This document shows, in pieces, positions 11,817-24,538 of a stretch of 64,000 nt of DNA. The stretch comes from Podarcis muralis (lineage: Eukaryota). The stretch covers positions 5,084,001-5,148,000 of the forward strand of contig NC_135660.1 of assembly GCF_964188315.1 (NCBI RefSeq). The letters are read 5' to 3'. Positions within the stretch are counted from its first letter, which is position 1. Each line of letters begins with the position of its first letter. The notes beneath the pieces are model-generated. The model did no database searches and was not told the DNA's origin. It worked only from the letters and a program-made list of their open reading frames with translations. Both the position numbers and the translations under genes were made by a program.

Positions 11817-12130
11817 TTATTATTTATACCCCACCCATCTGGCTGAGTTTCCCCAGCCACTCTGGGCGGCTCCCAATCAAGTGTTAAAAACAGTACAGCG
11901 TTACATATTAAAAACTTCCCTGAACAGGGCTGCCTTAAGATGTCTTCTGAATGTCAGGTAATTGTTTATCGCTTTGACATCTGATGGGAGGGCGTTCCAC
12001 AGGGCGGGCGCCACTACCGAGAAGGCCCTCTGTCTGGTTCCCTGTAGCCTCACTTCTCGCAATGAGGGAACCGCCAGAAGGCCCTCGGTGCTGGATCTCA
12101 GTGTCCGGGCTGGACGATGGGGGTGGAGAC
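11748..12130 (-). mobile_element. L2 LINE 3' fragment with a long (AAT)n tail
   Basis: (AAT)n 11748-11815, then the reverse complement of the L2 3'UTR and ORF2 end (AGGGCCCTCTGTCTGGTTCCCTGTAG). Confidence 0.9.
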
Positions 12131-13467
12131 TGCCAGGGCCTTCCTTTTCAGCGGCTCTGAAGGCTGGGAGAGCTGTCTGCAGTCCTTAAAGAGCCCTGAG
12201 CTTATTCTGCTGTTGCTGCATAGTTGCAGAGCCCTCTTTTGTTTGGCTTTTTGGGAATCTCAGAAATGCCACCACCCCATGTCTTCTGCTCCCGATCTGC
12301 TTCCTGCCCCGTCAGAATGGCAAAGATGTGACTTAATTGGGTTGATCCATTGTACAGTTCAGCAGCCACATTGTCCTCTTTGTGCACTGATGTCATCTGC
12401 AAACTTTCTTCTTACTCCCTCACCCACCCATCCCGTTCCAGGCATGGGATGAAGGAGAGACAGCCTTCTCTGCGGCAGAACTCCAACTTTAGAGTTCTCT
12501 CCCCATGGAAGCTTGCCTGATGCCTACCTTGTTTTATTCTGGGGGACAAGTGAACACCTTTCTATTCTGTCCTTTAAAATATTTCATTGTTTAAATACAA
12601 CTAGAATTCACTGTTTTGTTATTGTTTTGTGATGCTGCATTTTTAAATTATTGTTGCTGTTATTATCAAAAACCACCCAGGAAATTTTGTGGCTGATGGT
12701 GTGCTGTAGAAATGATTTCAAGAAACAAAGTGTGACCACCTCTCCTATTTCGTTTAATCTTGTGCTGCTTTTGCTTGGAATTGTGTGTGTATATATAACT
12801 ATATCTATATAAAATTGTATATAAACTGTTACACTTTTTACTTGTTTTTAATTATATTGCTGGGGCCTTACGGTGAAGGATGGGTAAGAAATCTTATAAA
12901 ATAAACAAGGAAAAACATTACTCTGCTGGGTGGATCTGGTAGGAAGCGGGCTTCTTGTAATGTAAATCTAAAAATGCAACACCAGGGATAAAAATGACAA
13001 CTGTGGGTGTGCTCTCTCTCTCAGTTTACACAAATGGTTGTCAGATTGCTGCCTCTGTGTGCAGCCTGGCCTATACAGGTTGTGCTCTTACCTTAAGGAG
13101 AGACTAGGATGTTCAGTGGCACACTGCAGGTGGCCAAATAACTTCATTTATTTGCGTATTTAACAATATGCCCTGCCCTTCTTCAGTTTCAGTCACAGCT
13201 TCCAGGTTTACAATTTGTAGCCCAAACATGCAAAGAGGGAACTTGCAAAATAATAGTTGAAACAGCGGGACAACCTAACATTATCTCAGCAGCATTTAAT
13301 GGATCTAAGCAGAGAGATTTAAAAGCCTTGCCGAAAAAGCCGTTCAGAAAGACCTTGCTTTCAGCACCAGGCAAGCCTGTGGGAGAGTTCTCCCCAAATG
13401 GCGCTGCCACCACGAATGGTGCCCTCTCCCCAGCCTCCACCTACCTTACCTCTGAAGGTAGGCGAAC

Positions 13468-13650
13468 GGAGGAATATTGGGCCATACTAAGCCAGACCTT
13501 TGGTTCATCTAATTTGGTAGTGTCTACTCTGCCTGGCAACAGCTCTGCAGGGTTTCAGGCAGGGTTTCCTAGCCTGACCTGGAGATGCTCAGGATTAAAC
13601 CTGAGGCCTTCTGCATCCAAAACAGAAGTTCTACCACGCAGCTCTGGCCC
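13468..13650 (-). mobile_element. Squam3-type SINE (old)
   Basis: Reverse complement of the tRNA-like head plus the CATCTCCAGGT...CCTGAAACCCTG...GAGTAGACACTAC core. Confidence 0.65.
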
Positions 13651-14960
13651 TTATCAGGGGCACTTTAGATAAGCGATCAGTAGCCAAACGTCCCACCTTG
13701 GCAGCGGAGGTTTCCCTCCTTTGCTCTTCTTTTTACCAGTAAAGAGTCTGAGTAGGTGCCTCCTGGTCACGGAGAGTCGCTCTCCAGCTGCATCCTTGGC
13801 TCCAGCTGGGCTTTTTGCTAATCTCTTTCTGCTTGCTCCTGGTTGTTATCTGAGATTGCAATACCTTGCAGCTAGCGCTCCCATCTATGATTGGCGGTGG
13901 GCCTTTCTGACACTCCTTGAAGGGCTCTGCCCCTTCTCAAGCGGATAGCCTCCCATTAAGCAGGCCGAGGCATGGCCGGCCTCACGTAGGACATCTGTGA
14001 GTTATGGGCCGGCTCCTATTGTCAACGTGCTCCCTTGCCGTTGGAATAACACAGCTGGCAGCCTTTTGTGTCTAGAGGAACAGCTTATCGGACCCTGCTG
14101 CCCTCCTGACCTTCCAGTTCAGCCTGCCCTGCTGATTCATATGGAAAAGCGATTTCTTCCCCGGCTGGCTGGAGACTCAACAGCCAGGCCTGCTATCCCA
14201 AACTCTGCCAGGCAATTAGAGTGGATTTATGAGCAGGGATTGGGTGCCAAGCCACAAACGTGATTAAATATTTTAAGAGCTTTCCCGTGAAGGCTTGGCA
14301 TGTAGATAGAAAATGTTTGCATTGTGAAACTTACACAGGGTCCTGGGATTTTTTCATCCTCCACCCCACTTTTTTTGGCGGGACTGGGTGTTTTTCTTTT
14401 TTCTTTTGTAACCTGCATGCTTACTTCATTTAGCAATAGTGGTGACGTTATCGGCAGGTTTTTGCATCACTTGGTGTAAATGCAGCCAGTGACCCCGAAT
14501 GGTATGGGGAGCCCTTTTGACAGGAAATGCAGCTGTTGCCCTTGCTTACCCAGAGAGCCCCTAACTGGAGAAAAATATCACATCAGAAGTAGCAGTTCAA
14601 ACACTAACAATGCAATATCAACACTACAGAAAGGCAACTGTAGAAGAAACACTGAGAACAATGGCCTTGTTCATGTGGTACCTGAAACCAAACCTTAGGT
14701 ACAGCTTGAGCTTAGCAAGGGGGGAGCTTAACCACAAGTCCTAGCTCAGACACCGTGCTAAGCCAAGGCAGCACAAAGGACTGGGGGGCGGGGGGAGCAA
14801 ATTGGCCGTAGGCTCTTCTCATTTGTGTGGTCTCCCAAAGCCAATGTTTGGCTTAGTGTGTTGCGTGAAGCAGCTCAATGTTGTCACCCAGAAGGCTGAC
14901 AGAGGAGGTGTGCGTTCCATCTTTCCCAAAAAGCCATACCAAAGAACCATACCTTTCCTT

Positions 14961-15527
14961 TTAAAAAAAAATAATATATTTATTAAGGGTTTAATAGTTA
15001 CAGAATAAAGAAAGAAAAACAAAAAGAAAAAAACAATAAAAAGTTCACAATACATCAAAAATAAAAGGAAAAAACTAAAAACAACACAGCAAAACAACAA
15101 GAAAAACAAAAACATTTAAAAACACATCCAGTATCTCTATATCTCTACCTTTCATTTACTTATATCATCGACCTCCTCACACCTCCCTTTTTTGTATTAT
15201 TGTTCAATTAGCTATTTCAGCAAATCCTTTCCATCTTTCTTAATTTTTGTGCTATAATTTATCTTATCACAATCTAACCTTAAATTTCCACTTTGACCCA
15301 TTAACAATCTATTTTTACTTAATTCTTTATGATATTTCTGCTAGAGCCATATAACTTCATTCCAGCATCCTTCTAACATTCATTAATTTTACAATATTTC
15401 TGTAAATAAACTTTAAATTTTTTCCACTCTTCTTCCACCGACTCTTCTCCCTGGTCACGGATTCTGCCAGTCATTTCCGCCAACTCCATGTAGTCCATCA
15501 GCTTCATCTGCCATTCTTCCTGGGTGG
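14961..15527 (-). mobile_element. L1 LINE 3' fragment
   Basis: Minus peptide TQEEWQMKLMDYMELAEMTGRIRDQGEESVEEEWKKFKVYLQKYC* (L1 ORF2 end); 18-bp TSD AGAACC(A/G)TACCTTTCCTT at 14943-14960 and 15528-15545. Confidence 0.85.
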
Positions 15528-15972
15528 AGAACCGTACCTTTCCTTACCTTTGGAGGAAGGGGATTTCACATGAGAGTAGGATGTTATTGGAAAAGCCCAA
15601 TTCTTGGCTGTCACTGTCCAAATTTGCCATACAGATGGCACAGACAGTAAGAAAAATAAATATGTGTACATAGCATGGCAAAGTAGTAGAAGCACGATAT
15701 TACTGCTTATGGGTGGGATCCAACGTAGCACTAAGGCAATTGTTCCATCGGCACAAGGACTTTATTTGCTTGTGCAACCAGGCATTCTCCTCCTCTCCTA
15801 ACTCTGCCCTTGGGGCTTCTCCCAACCCTCTGGAGCAGATGGGGGTGGTGAACAGAGGGAGGACAGACTCTTTGTACAAGCAGAAATCTTTGCACCGGTG
15901 TCAGTGGAAAACTAAAATACTGCTTTCAGGGAAACTGAATTCCTTTTCACATACAGTACTTTTGTTTCCTAG

Positions 15973-16080
15973 GTGATCCCCATGCTCCCCAAACTTCTCT
16001 GTGAGCAGCTGTGCAGTCTCAATCCTATGACGGACAGACTCACCTTCTCCGTCATATGGAAGCTGACTCCTCAAGGCAAG
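15973..16080 (+). CDS. DIS3L2: DIS3L2 coding exon, 108 nt ([36 protein letters not shown])
   Basis: tttgtttcctAG acceptor, GTAAGA donor at 16081, phase 0/0. The peptide matches DIS3L2 VVPMLPRLLCEELCSLNP. Not in the ORF track. Confidence 0.97.
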
Positions 16081-16439
16081 GTAAGACCCGGCAGCTTTGC
16101 AGGACTAGGTATAAATCATTCAGCGTTGCCCCTTGGATTGTCCCATTGATTGAGCAGATAAGCTCAAAAAAACACAACATCAAGTGTGCAGGCACAAGTT
16201 GGCAGCGCCGACATCACAGCCGGGAGACATGAATCGGAGGCTTCCTGCTAGTTAGGAAGCACAAGAGCTGTTGGGTGCAAATTGGTCCAGATAGGTTCAT
16301 TTCTGGGTGGAACATAAAACTTAAGAATTTCCATGTTGGGTCGGTCAAAAAGTCCATCTTGTCAAGCACCCTGATTGGTTTAATCAGCTGTCTCCAAGAA
16401 GCCCAGAAACTCACACAGCACCCCTGCAAATGGTGTTCA

Positions 16440-16690
16440 GAAGAAGAAGAAGAGTTTGGATTTGATATCCCGCTTTATCACTACCCTAGGGAGTCTCAAA
16501 GCGGCTAACATTCTCCTTTCCCTTCCTCCCCCACAACAAACACTCTGTGAGGTGAGTGGGGCTGAGAGACTTCAGAGAACTGTGACTGGCCCAAGGTCAC
16601 CCAGCAGCTGCATGTGGAGGAGCGGAGATGCGAACCCGGTTCCCCAGATTACAAGTCTACCGCTCTTAACCACTACACCACACTGGCTCT
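16440..16690 (-). mobile_element. tRNA-derived CORE-type SINE (Squam2-like), full length
   Basis: The reverse complement reads GAGCCAGTGTGGTGTAGTGGTTAAGAGCGG (A box)...GGTTCGCATC (B box)...GGGTGACCTTGGGCCAGTCAC core, with a (CTT)n tail. Confidence 0.85.
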
Positions 16691-17319
16691 CAAAGATACA
16701 TTGCAGGGTTCAAAGACACGTCTAGGCCTTAGGGCTGCATTCTTCTCTATGCAATTTTCCAGGGGCCTCCTGCCCAGCGGTGGGCAGGGCCAAAGTCAAA
16801 AGTCAGAGTTCAAGGACACATTTAAGCCAGGAAAAAACACTTGGGGTGCACAGCAGGGTAGAAAGGCCTGGAGTTATTTCCCACATTGCCTCTGAATGCG
16901 GAGGCTTTATTTAGCCACCCTGGTTAATAGCTATAGACTGATCTCTTTCCTCCATGAATTAATGTTGTTCTCCACCCCTTCATACCACAACTGTTGCCTG
17001 CATCTCCGTTGCTTCCAATCCTTGTGAATCAGCCTTCCACAAACCACTGCCATCTCAATGTTCTTTGAACCACAGCTCCCATCAGCCCCAAACTGAACAG
17101 CCAAAGGGTTGCTCTACATCCCAACCAGTTCACCTGGCCTGAATTCAGATCTCTGCAGCTTTTGCGTTGGGCTGGAAGCTGCTTCCATCCTCCTTCTTCC
17201 TTTTTAAATTTATTTCATCTTGCCCAGAGGCTGTGCTCCGGTTGCCCTTGGCTCTGGAGAGCTGCACTTGACGGGAAATCTCTGCCTGTGCCCATGCCCA
17301 GGCAGTAACACCTTTAAGG

Positions 17320-17720
17320 CAGATTTGCCTGGATTTATGGAATTAGCTCATGTACAGATCGGCAGTGTTAATGCTTCCAATAGCTCTGAGATGTCTTGCA
17401 TTGAGCTGTAACGGCGCGGGTCGAGATTAATGAGGACCTTGGCTTAATGCAGCTGTTCCTGGGTGAGGAGAAGATGGAGGGAAGGGCTTAAGAGCCATTT
17501 AATGTGTCGCGCTAAGAGGGCACATGCCTCTCTTCATGGAGAGTTCATATGGTTGCAAGGCAATTAGGGCTTGTCTCCAGCAACACAATTCTTCATTTTT
17601 GCTCCGCAGCAGCTTGCAGGAGGGCAGCCTGGGAAGAAAAGTGCCTTGCCGTGCTAAGCGGAGCAAAAGATAGGAACTGTGTATTCCTCATTAGCTAGCT
17701 AATTATTTGTCTCCCACTGG
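17320..17720. promoter_or_regulatory. Candidate intronic enhancer / conserved non-coding element
   Basis: Non-repetitive; at least 8 TAAT/ATTA cores and retained CpGs. Motif inspection only. Confidence 0.35.
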
Positions 17721-18250
17721 CTTGGCTGCTTCTTCTTTTTCCTGCTGATGGCCTGACGTTTAGGGGGGCAGCAGAAAATTTCCACTGGAGTGTGAGCTGC
17801 TTTTTGCCTCTCTTTCCCCCCTGCCTCCCCACTTTCCCCTTCACTTCCTTAGTATCTCATCCTCTGTGTTTATTAGTTGTTGGTGGGAGGGACTTTTAGC
17901 CTGTTCCTTTTGGAATGTATACAAGAACTCATGGTCTCAGGTCCGGAGGCTAAGAAAGCTTCTGCCTGAGACCATGAGAAGACACTGCTAGTATTGAGAA
18001 CAATGGCCCATGGGGTGCCATCCTTACAACCTTAGTAAAGTTCCAGACACTTATTTGGACAATGTGGCTTCTTCGGTCATGTGAAACGCACTGACTCTCA
18101 TATGGCCATGTCTGTAAGGCAAGGTAAGAACCGCACCCCTCAAATTTTTCTAGACGTGTTCCTGCAATGACTGTTCCTGGAGTATCTCTTCTACATGAAA
18201 AAGAGCCCTAACCAACTCATTTTTCCTCGTTTGCCATCTTGTCGTTGCAG

Positions 18251-18484
18251 ATTCTTGACGAGTGGTTTGGACGGACTGTGATCTGCTCCTGCGCAAAGCT
18301 CAGCTATGACCATGCCCAGAGCATGATTGAGAACCCGGAGAAGGCGTTTGTGGCAGAGGAAATCCCCGCTATCTCTCCCCGGCACTCGGTAGATGAAGTT
18401 CGCCAGGCAGTCCTCAACCTCCACCAGATTGCCAAGCAGCTGCGTGAGCAGCGGTTCATGGACGGGGCTCTCCGCTTAGACCAG
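18251..18484 (+). CDS. DIS3L2: DIS3L2 coding exon, 234 nt (ILDEWFGRT...GALRLDQ)
   Basis: gttgcAG acceptor, GTCAGT donor at 18485, phase 0/0; contained in ORF 18239..18517. Confidence 0.97.
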
Positions 18485-18919
18485 GTCAGTCCCGTCCCTG
18501 CTTTATGGCGAGGATGAATAAGCAATAGCAAGCTCCCGCAAAGGGGATTAACAACAGAACCTGCAGGAAGGCCCTTGGAAGGAAGGCAGGTCTGAGCAAA
18601 TACTACCAGTGCTGAATGCACCAAATGTGGTGCCCTCCGTAAATGGTTGAATTCCAGCTCCCATCAGCCTCAGCGAGCACGGCCACTGGCCAGGGATGAT
18701 GGGAGGTAGCCTAACAACGTTGGGGTGGAGCCACATCGGTCTAGGTAACCCTTAAGACAAGCCACATTCAGCCTTTCTCAATTTGTGGTAAAGATGCTGA
18801 CCTACCTTATGGAGGTTGTGGTCAGGATTAGCACCCGATAAGGCATCTTGAGGCACTTTGAGCGCTCTCTAAAGCACTGTATAAATGCTGGCTATCGTTG
18901 CTAAGTGTGTGAAGGTTAT

Positions 18920-19297
18920 CTCTCATGTTGAGAGGACCGCATCTTTCCATATGATCTTCCTGAGGCCCTCCTTCGTGTGCCTCCTCCCCCAGAGGTCCAG
19001 AGGGTGGCAACACGAGAATGGGTGGCGCTGCCTTCTCTGCAGTGGCTCCTCGTCTGTGGAATGCTCTCCCCAGGAAAATTTGCCTGGCACCTTCATTATA
19101 CACATTTAGGCGCATTTAGGCATCCTATACCCTTTTAAAATCTGGCTCTTTTTTCGTGGGGGGAGTTATTATTGGGTTATTGTTTTTATTTTTATTTCAT
19201 AGACTGTGATTTTATTGTCAACTGCCCTGAGACCTCCGGGTATAAGGCAGTATATAAATTCAATTAGTAATAATAATAATAGTAGTAACAATAATTG
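18920..19297 (+). mobile_element. Older L2 3' fragment
   Basis: GCCTTCTCTGCAGTGGCTCCTCGTCTGTGGAATGCTCTCCCC (AFSAVAPRLWNALP) followed by an AT-rich tail. Confidence 0.7.
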
Positions 19298-22200
19298 AAG
19301 AAGACAATTTAGGTGAGTAACGATCACGGGGAGAACTTCCCATTGGTGTGCTGCATAGGCTTGCTGCCTGCTTATCGGTACTGATGACGGGGGCACCATG
19401 GACACATTGTTTGCAATCTAGACTGCCTGGTGCCATGGGCAGAGAGGAGATGCCCGTCTAAGAGGTGGCACAAGCAGATTATCTGAGTAGCACTCTGCAA
19501 ATCCAAAGGAAAACCGGGCCTTTTGCTGCTGTCTTAAGCATGTCGGACTTGCAGCTCATCCTGTGGCTCAAGATACCTGCATCGCCCAGTCGCTTTTCTA
19601 ATAAGGGCAGTGGTTTCATAATTTTCCAGATAAGCAGGGGTAGTGATGCATTGGGAACTTGGATGGCAAGAAACCTCTCACTGTCCACGAGGCCAGCACA
19701 TCTCCTGGATATTTATTTAGTTAATGGCATTTCCAGTAAGCCATCAGAAAACGAGCTTGCAAAGGGAGGAATGGGGTGGGTGAGACTAAAGGTCAGACCA
19801 TATAGAAGATATCCAGGTCCTGTCGCTAGGGCAGAAAGGCAGGGTTCGAGTGTTTCAGTTGCAGGCGACACTCACAGATCTGGCTAGTGGCGCTGCCTGT
19901 AACGTCAGAGGCCAGTCTTGGTGAAGCTGCCTCTCCCCACACCGTGGAACACATAAAGACGCGAGAGACAAGGCGGTATTCTGGATGCATGTGGGGAGAC
20001 GGCTTCTCTGTGTCCCGCCCCCCCCCCCCTTTATGGTTTCTCTTCCCAGTGCTGTTGCCTCTCCTGTGGCTGAGTCTCTGGGCTTTTCATTGTTTCCCAT
20101 TAGCTATGGCACTGAAGCGTCTGAAAGGCGCTTGCAGCCGACCTGTCCACACAAGATTGATTTAACGGAGAACCCTTTTTTTGCTGCTGGGAGCTGACCA
20201 AGTTCCTACTCTGGAGAGCAAAGAGCACCTGCTGGGAGGAGAAAGAGTGATGGCCCAAGAGCCATGCCCAAGAGTTCTCAGAAGTGCTGGGTTCCCCTTG
20301 GAGACCAAACAGGGCCGTCCTGCAGCTCAGCTGCACTGCTCTTGAACTGCACAGGGATTTGGAAAGGTTTTTTTTCCAGGCTTCCCCTTGGCTCTTGCCT
20401 ACGAACTTCCCAGAGGCACCTGCACCATGCTGGGAAACAGAACCGAGGGACTAGAGGCAGACCTTGCCGGCTGATCCAGCTGCTCAGATCTCCCTGTGAT
20501 CCTTCCCGCTCCGTTGCCAAACGTTTGAGCATGATCAAAAAGTGCACGAGCGCTCTGAGATTATGGGATGCCCTGTCCTCTCGAGCTCGGCTTTTTAACA
20601 TTTGCTGCAACAGCAGCAGCTGAGTGAAGCCGCACGCCAGCCTCCGGGCACTGGGAAGCCAGCGGAGCATTTCGAAATGAGTCGCGGCGGAAAGATGAGT
20701 GGGAAATGGGACTGTGCAGTAATTTCATTAAAATGAGGAGGCAAAGTGGTGTTTGCTCTACAGGCAATCTGGCCTCCTGCTCCCCTTGGTGATTTCAAAC
20801 ACTGGAACTGCATTCGTTTGATGGGTGGCCTAGTTTTCTGGTGTGTGAAAGGAAAGGGGGAGGGGGGGTCTTCAAGGAAGCAGTATTCCCCCTACCCCCT
20901 ACGTTGCTTTTGCCTTCTCTTTAAAATGCAAATAGTGGTCATTATATGCATGTATGGGTGTGTTTTCTGAAAGGATAACCTGTGCTGTCCCAGTGGGGCA
21001 GTACATTTTAAAAAGCAACTATGAAAACAATGGTTTTAAATGCTATGAAAATCCAGTTTAACCAGCTGAAAACATATCTGATGTGAAAACTTGCAGCTCT
21101 GTCCACCGGCTCATTCCTGCCTCCCAGCTCACCTGGGAAGGTGACTCACACCTGGCTGAGCTGCCAAATTTTTGTGCTCTGGCTGCAGCAGTTCCTCAGG
21201 GACATTCCAAGACTCCTAACTAGGCTCCTTCCGGCTAGAGATGCCAGGGTGGGTGGGTGGAATGCGCAGTGTCATGTTTTCAAAGAAGAGGTGGAGAATA
21301 AAACATGGTAGTTCCAGCCTTTGAAGATCCTTTGGGTGGGAGACCATTCCATTTCCAGCTCTTGCCAGGTTTCAGCAAGTTTATTCATAAGCCCGTCCCG
21401 TCCCACTTCCTCATCAATGTGCAGTTTTTCTTAAAGAAAGAAACTGTACAAGAAGAATGCATATCTATATTTTTCTCAGTGTGAGCATTTCTAAAACATC
21501 TCTCTCCACCCCCACCCCCCTTAAAGTGGCATTTAAAGGGGGTGGGAAGTTGGTACATTTTTCTCCAGCTCAGAATTGTGCTGCAAAGTTTGGAGGCGAT
21601 GTAGGTTGCGGAAGATAACGCTGCATTCTGATCCGCACAGCAGTCAGATTCCTTCAGCACCCATAGCTGAAAGGCCTTGGTTTTCAGGTAGAAGCGTTAG
21701 AAGTGGCTGCCCTCCTAATATGCTTGTGGCACATGTGTGGAGAGTCAAATGGCAAGGTGAGGCATGAGTTCCTTTCCAGGGAAGGAATCGGATGAAACTT
21801 GCACCCTCCAGAAGGTGTCCGAAAGCCTCCCATCCTTTTGGTTTCCCGTGGATCTGGGCCGGGCCTCGAGGAGGCTCTTGTGATTTTCTTCCAAGTATTA
21901 ATTACAGCCGCCGACGTGGCCGGTGTTTTCTTTTCTGTCACCCTGAGTCACCGCCTGTCGAGTGATGTGAGCAGAGGCCGACTTAAGTGGCAACGTGACG
22001 CCCGGGTGTCAAAAGTCTGCATTGTTTCACCTGCCAGCAAATGTCTGGGTGAAAGTTCATAGCATTGCAAGGAGACGTGTGGCCTGGAGAAAAGGAGGCG
22101 AGGATTTAAGAAACCTCTCTTCCTGCACGCCCAGAAATGCCGACGCTTGGCTCTCAGTCTCCGTTATCACCTCAATGACAACGGTGAAGTCTGCACGGCG

Positions 22201-22391
22201 CTTTAAGAGAATGAAAAAGCAAGAGAACCCTGTTCTAAGGAGCTTCCAGTTTATAGCTGACCTTGGAGAAAGGACAGAAAGGTGCAGGAGATGATGGGAA
22301 TGAAAAAAAATGAGCAAAACATAGTTTATATGTCTTGGGACATAAGAAAGGGATGTGGGTTCAGCTTTGACCATCACTTTGGGCTTGAACC

Positions 22392-22442
<51 letters not shown>

Positions 22443-22860
22443 TTATTATTTATACCCCGCCCATCCGGCTGGGTTTCCCCAGCCACTCTGGGCGGCTTCC
22501 AACAAAACACTAAAATACAACAACCTATTAAACATTAAAAGCTTCCCGAAACAGGGCTGCCTTCAGATGTCTTCTAAAAGTTTGGTAGTTGTTGTTCTCT
22601 TTGACATCTGATGGGAGGGAGTTCCACAGGGTGGGTGCCACTACCGAGAAGGCCCTCTGCCTGGTTCCCTGTAACTTGGCTTCTCGCAGTGAGGGAACTG
22701 CCAGAAGGCCCTCGGAGCTGGACCTCAGTGTCCAGGCAGAACTATGGGGGTGGAGACGCTCCTTCAGGTATACTGGACCGAGGCCATTTAGGGCTTTATA
22801 GGTTAGCACCAACACTTTGAATTGTGCTCGGAAACATACTGGGAGCCAGTGTAGGTCTTT
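22392..22860 (-). mobile_element. L2 LINE 3' fragment with (AAT)n tail
   Basis: ORF 22528..22881(-): LHWLPVCFRAQFKVLVLTYKALNGLGP...FRRHLKAALFREAF. Confidence 0.93.
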
Positions 22861-24159
22861 AGAGAACCAATAAATCTCCATCTGCCTCAGCTCAACCTAT
22901 CTGTAAAATTTATGGCATCTGAACTGGCCCTCCAAGTTATTTGAGTCTGTCACCGCAGTCCTTCCCTCTAGCATGAACAGAACTCGGGCTTGATTCTACC
23001 CAATGGCTTTGGACCGTACCTTCTTACTTGTGCCGGGTCATCACAAACCGGCGATAAACCCTGTTTGTGGATTTCGCCACATCAGGCTGCAAGTGGGGCG
23101 GGGGTGTTTTATAGGTTGGAGTGCTTCTCTGCATTAAACAATAAATATGCATCCCTGCACACAGAAAACGAGCTTGCCAGGGGAAGGGTTGTGGCCTCAC
23201 CTCCCTGTCTTGCTGGCTTTCTGAATAAAGTGACTCTTTTTCCATGGAGGGGGCGACAGTCGTGAAGGTTCCTCACCTCCATTCCAAAGCAGACCAAGCA
23301 GCAGAGAATGTGATGTTCATAGGAAATGGGCCTTCATCTTTATTTAGCCTTTGCGAGGCAAGCTAGGGCAAAGTTTCAGCCAACCTCTGGTCCACCTGCT
23401 GAACAACTCAGTGTGCCACCTTCAGCCTCGACATTGTGTGTGTGTGTTTTAAATTATCACCGGTGAAGATTGCTTAATTGGTCATTGCCCCGAGTAATGT
23501 GGGGCTTGAGTCACGGAGCAAAAGTGCATCTCCAGGAAAGAGGGAGAGATCTTGGGGCGTGAGGTGCCCCCTAGTGACTGCCTGGTGGCACTGCTGCTTC
23601 GCTCTCCCGTTGAGCCAGACAGCTTGTTCCCCTTCCCCTCTGTTGTGTGGGCACCACACCCTGCCTTGCGAAAGGGGCACATGTTGGCAGCCATGCGCAG
23701 GAGCCTTTCTCAAAGGCTGTGGCTTTGCTCCAAGGCATGCTTGCAAAGGAAGAAGGCGTTCCTTTTTGAGCAAAAGTCCATTTCACTTCCACAGCTTCAG
23801 GCACCTCGTTTACATCTTTGGCATCTTCGCTTCAGTGGCTGTTTTGGATTTTGTTATGGGGGCTTGGCTTTGATGTTCCTTGTTGTGGCTTCCTTCATAT
23901 CGGTTAGTTCAATAGTGATAGCATTATTGTTATTGTGTCGTAGATTGTAAGCCGTGTTGAGTATCTTTGCAAATTAAGCAGGCTATATATCTACTTTAAA
24001 AACAACAAGCCGAGTATTATTATTAATTAGGTTTCTCTGCTCACACCACAGTTCACTAAAACAGGGTTTCCCAAACCGGTCTCCTGTATAACAAGGAAGG
24101 AGACTGCAGAAACCAGTGAAGACACAGGTGGGTAACCCTCAGCCCTTTGACTTCTCTGC

Positions 24160-24335
24160 TAGAAGGCTCCGTGACAGAGCACCTGCCTTGCTTGCAGATG
24201 GTCCCGGGTTCAATCGCTGGCATGTCCAGATGGAGCTGGAGGAGAGCCCCCACTTGAAATCCTGGAGAGGCGCTGCCTGTCAGTGTCGGAGGACGGGGGG
24301 TTTGACTCCTGCATAAAGCAGCTTCCTGTGTACCT
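24160..24335 (+). mobile_element. Squam3-type SINE (old)
   Basis: GAGCACCTGCCTTGCTTGCAGATGGTCCCGGGTTCAATC head; TGACTCCTGCATAAAGCAGCTTCCTGTGT end. Confidence 0.65.
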
Positions 24336-24538
24336 AAAGACCAGCAGGTGCATCTCAGCTCACTTCCGCTCAGTAGTCAAAGAAGCTAAAATATAGAACG
24401 GAATTCGGCATTATGGTAAGGCGATCTTTCGGCTTGCCAGACGGAAAAATCCCACTTCTTCTGCCCCTGCAGGCTGTTCTGTGGGTTCTTCTGACACCCT
24501 CCCCAGAGCAGGTTTCAGGGGGCACAGCGGGGAGAAGG

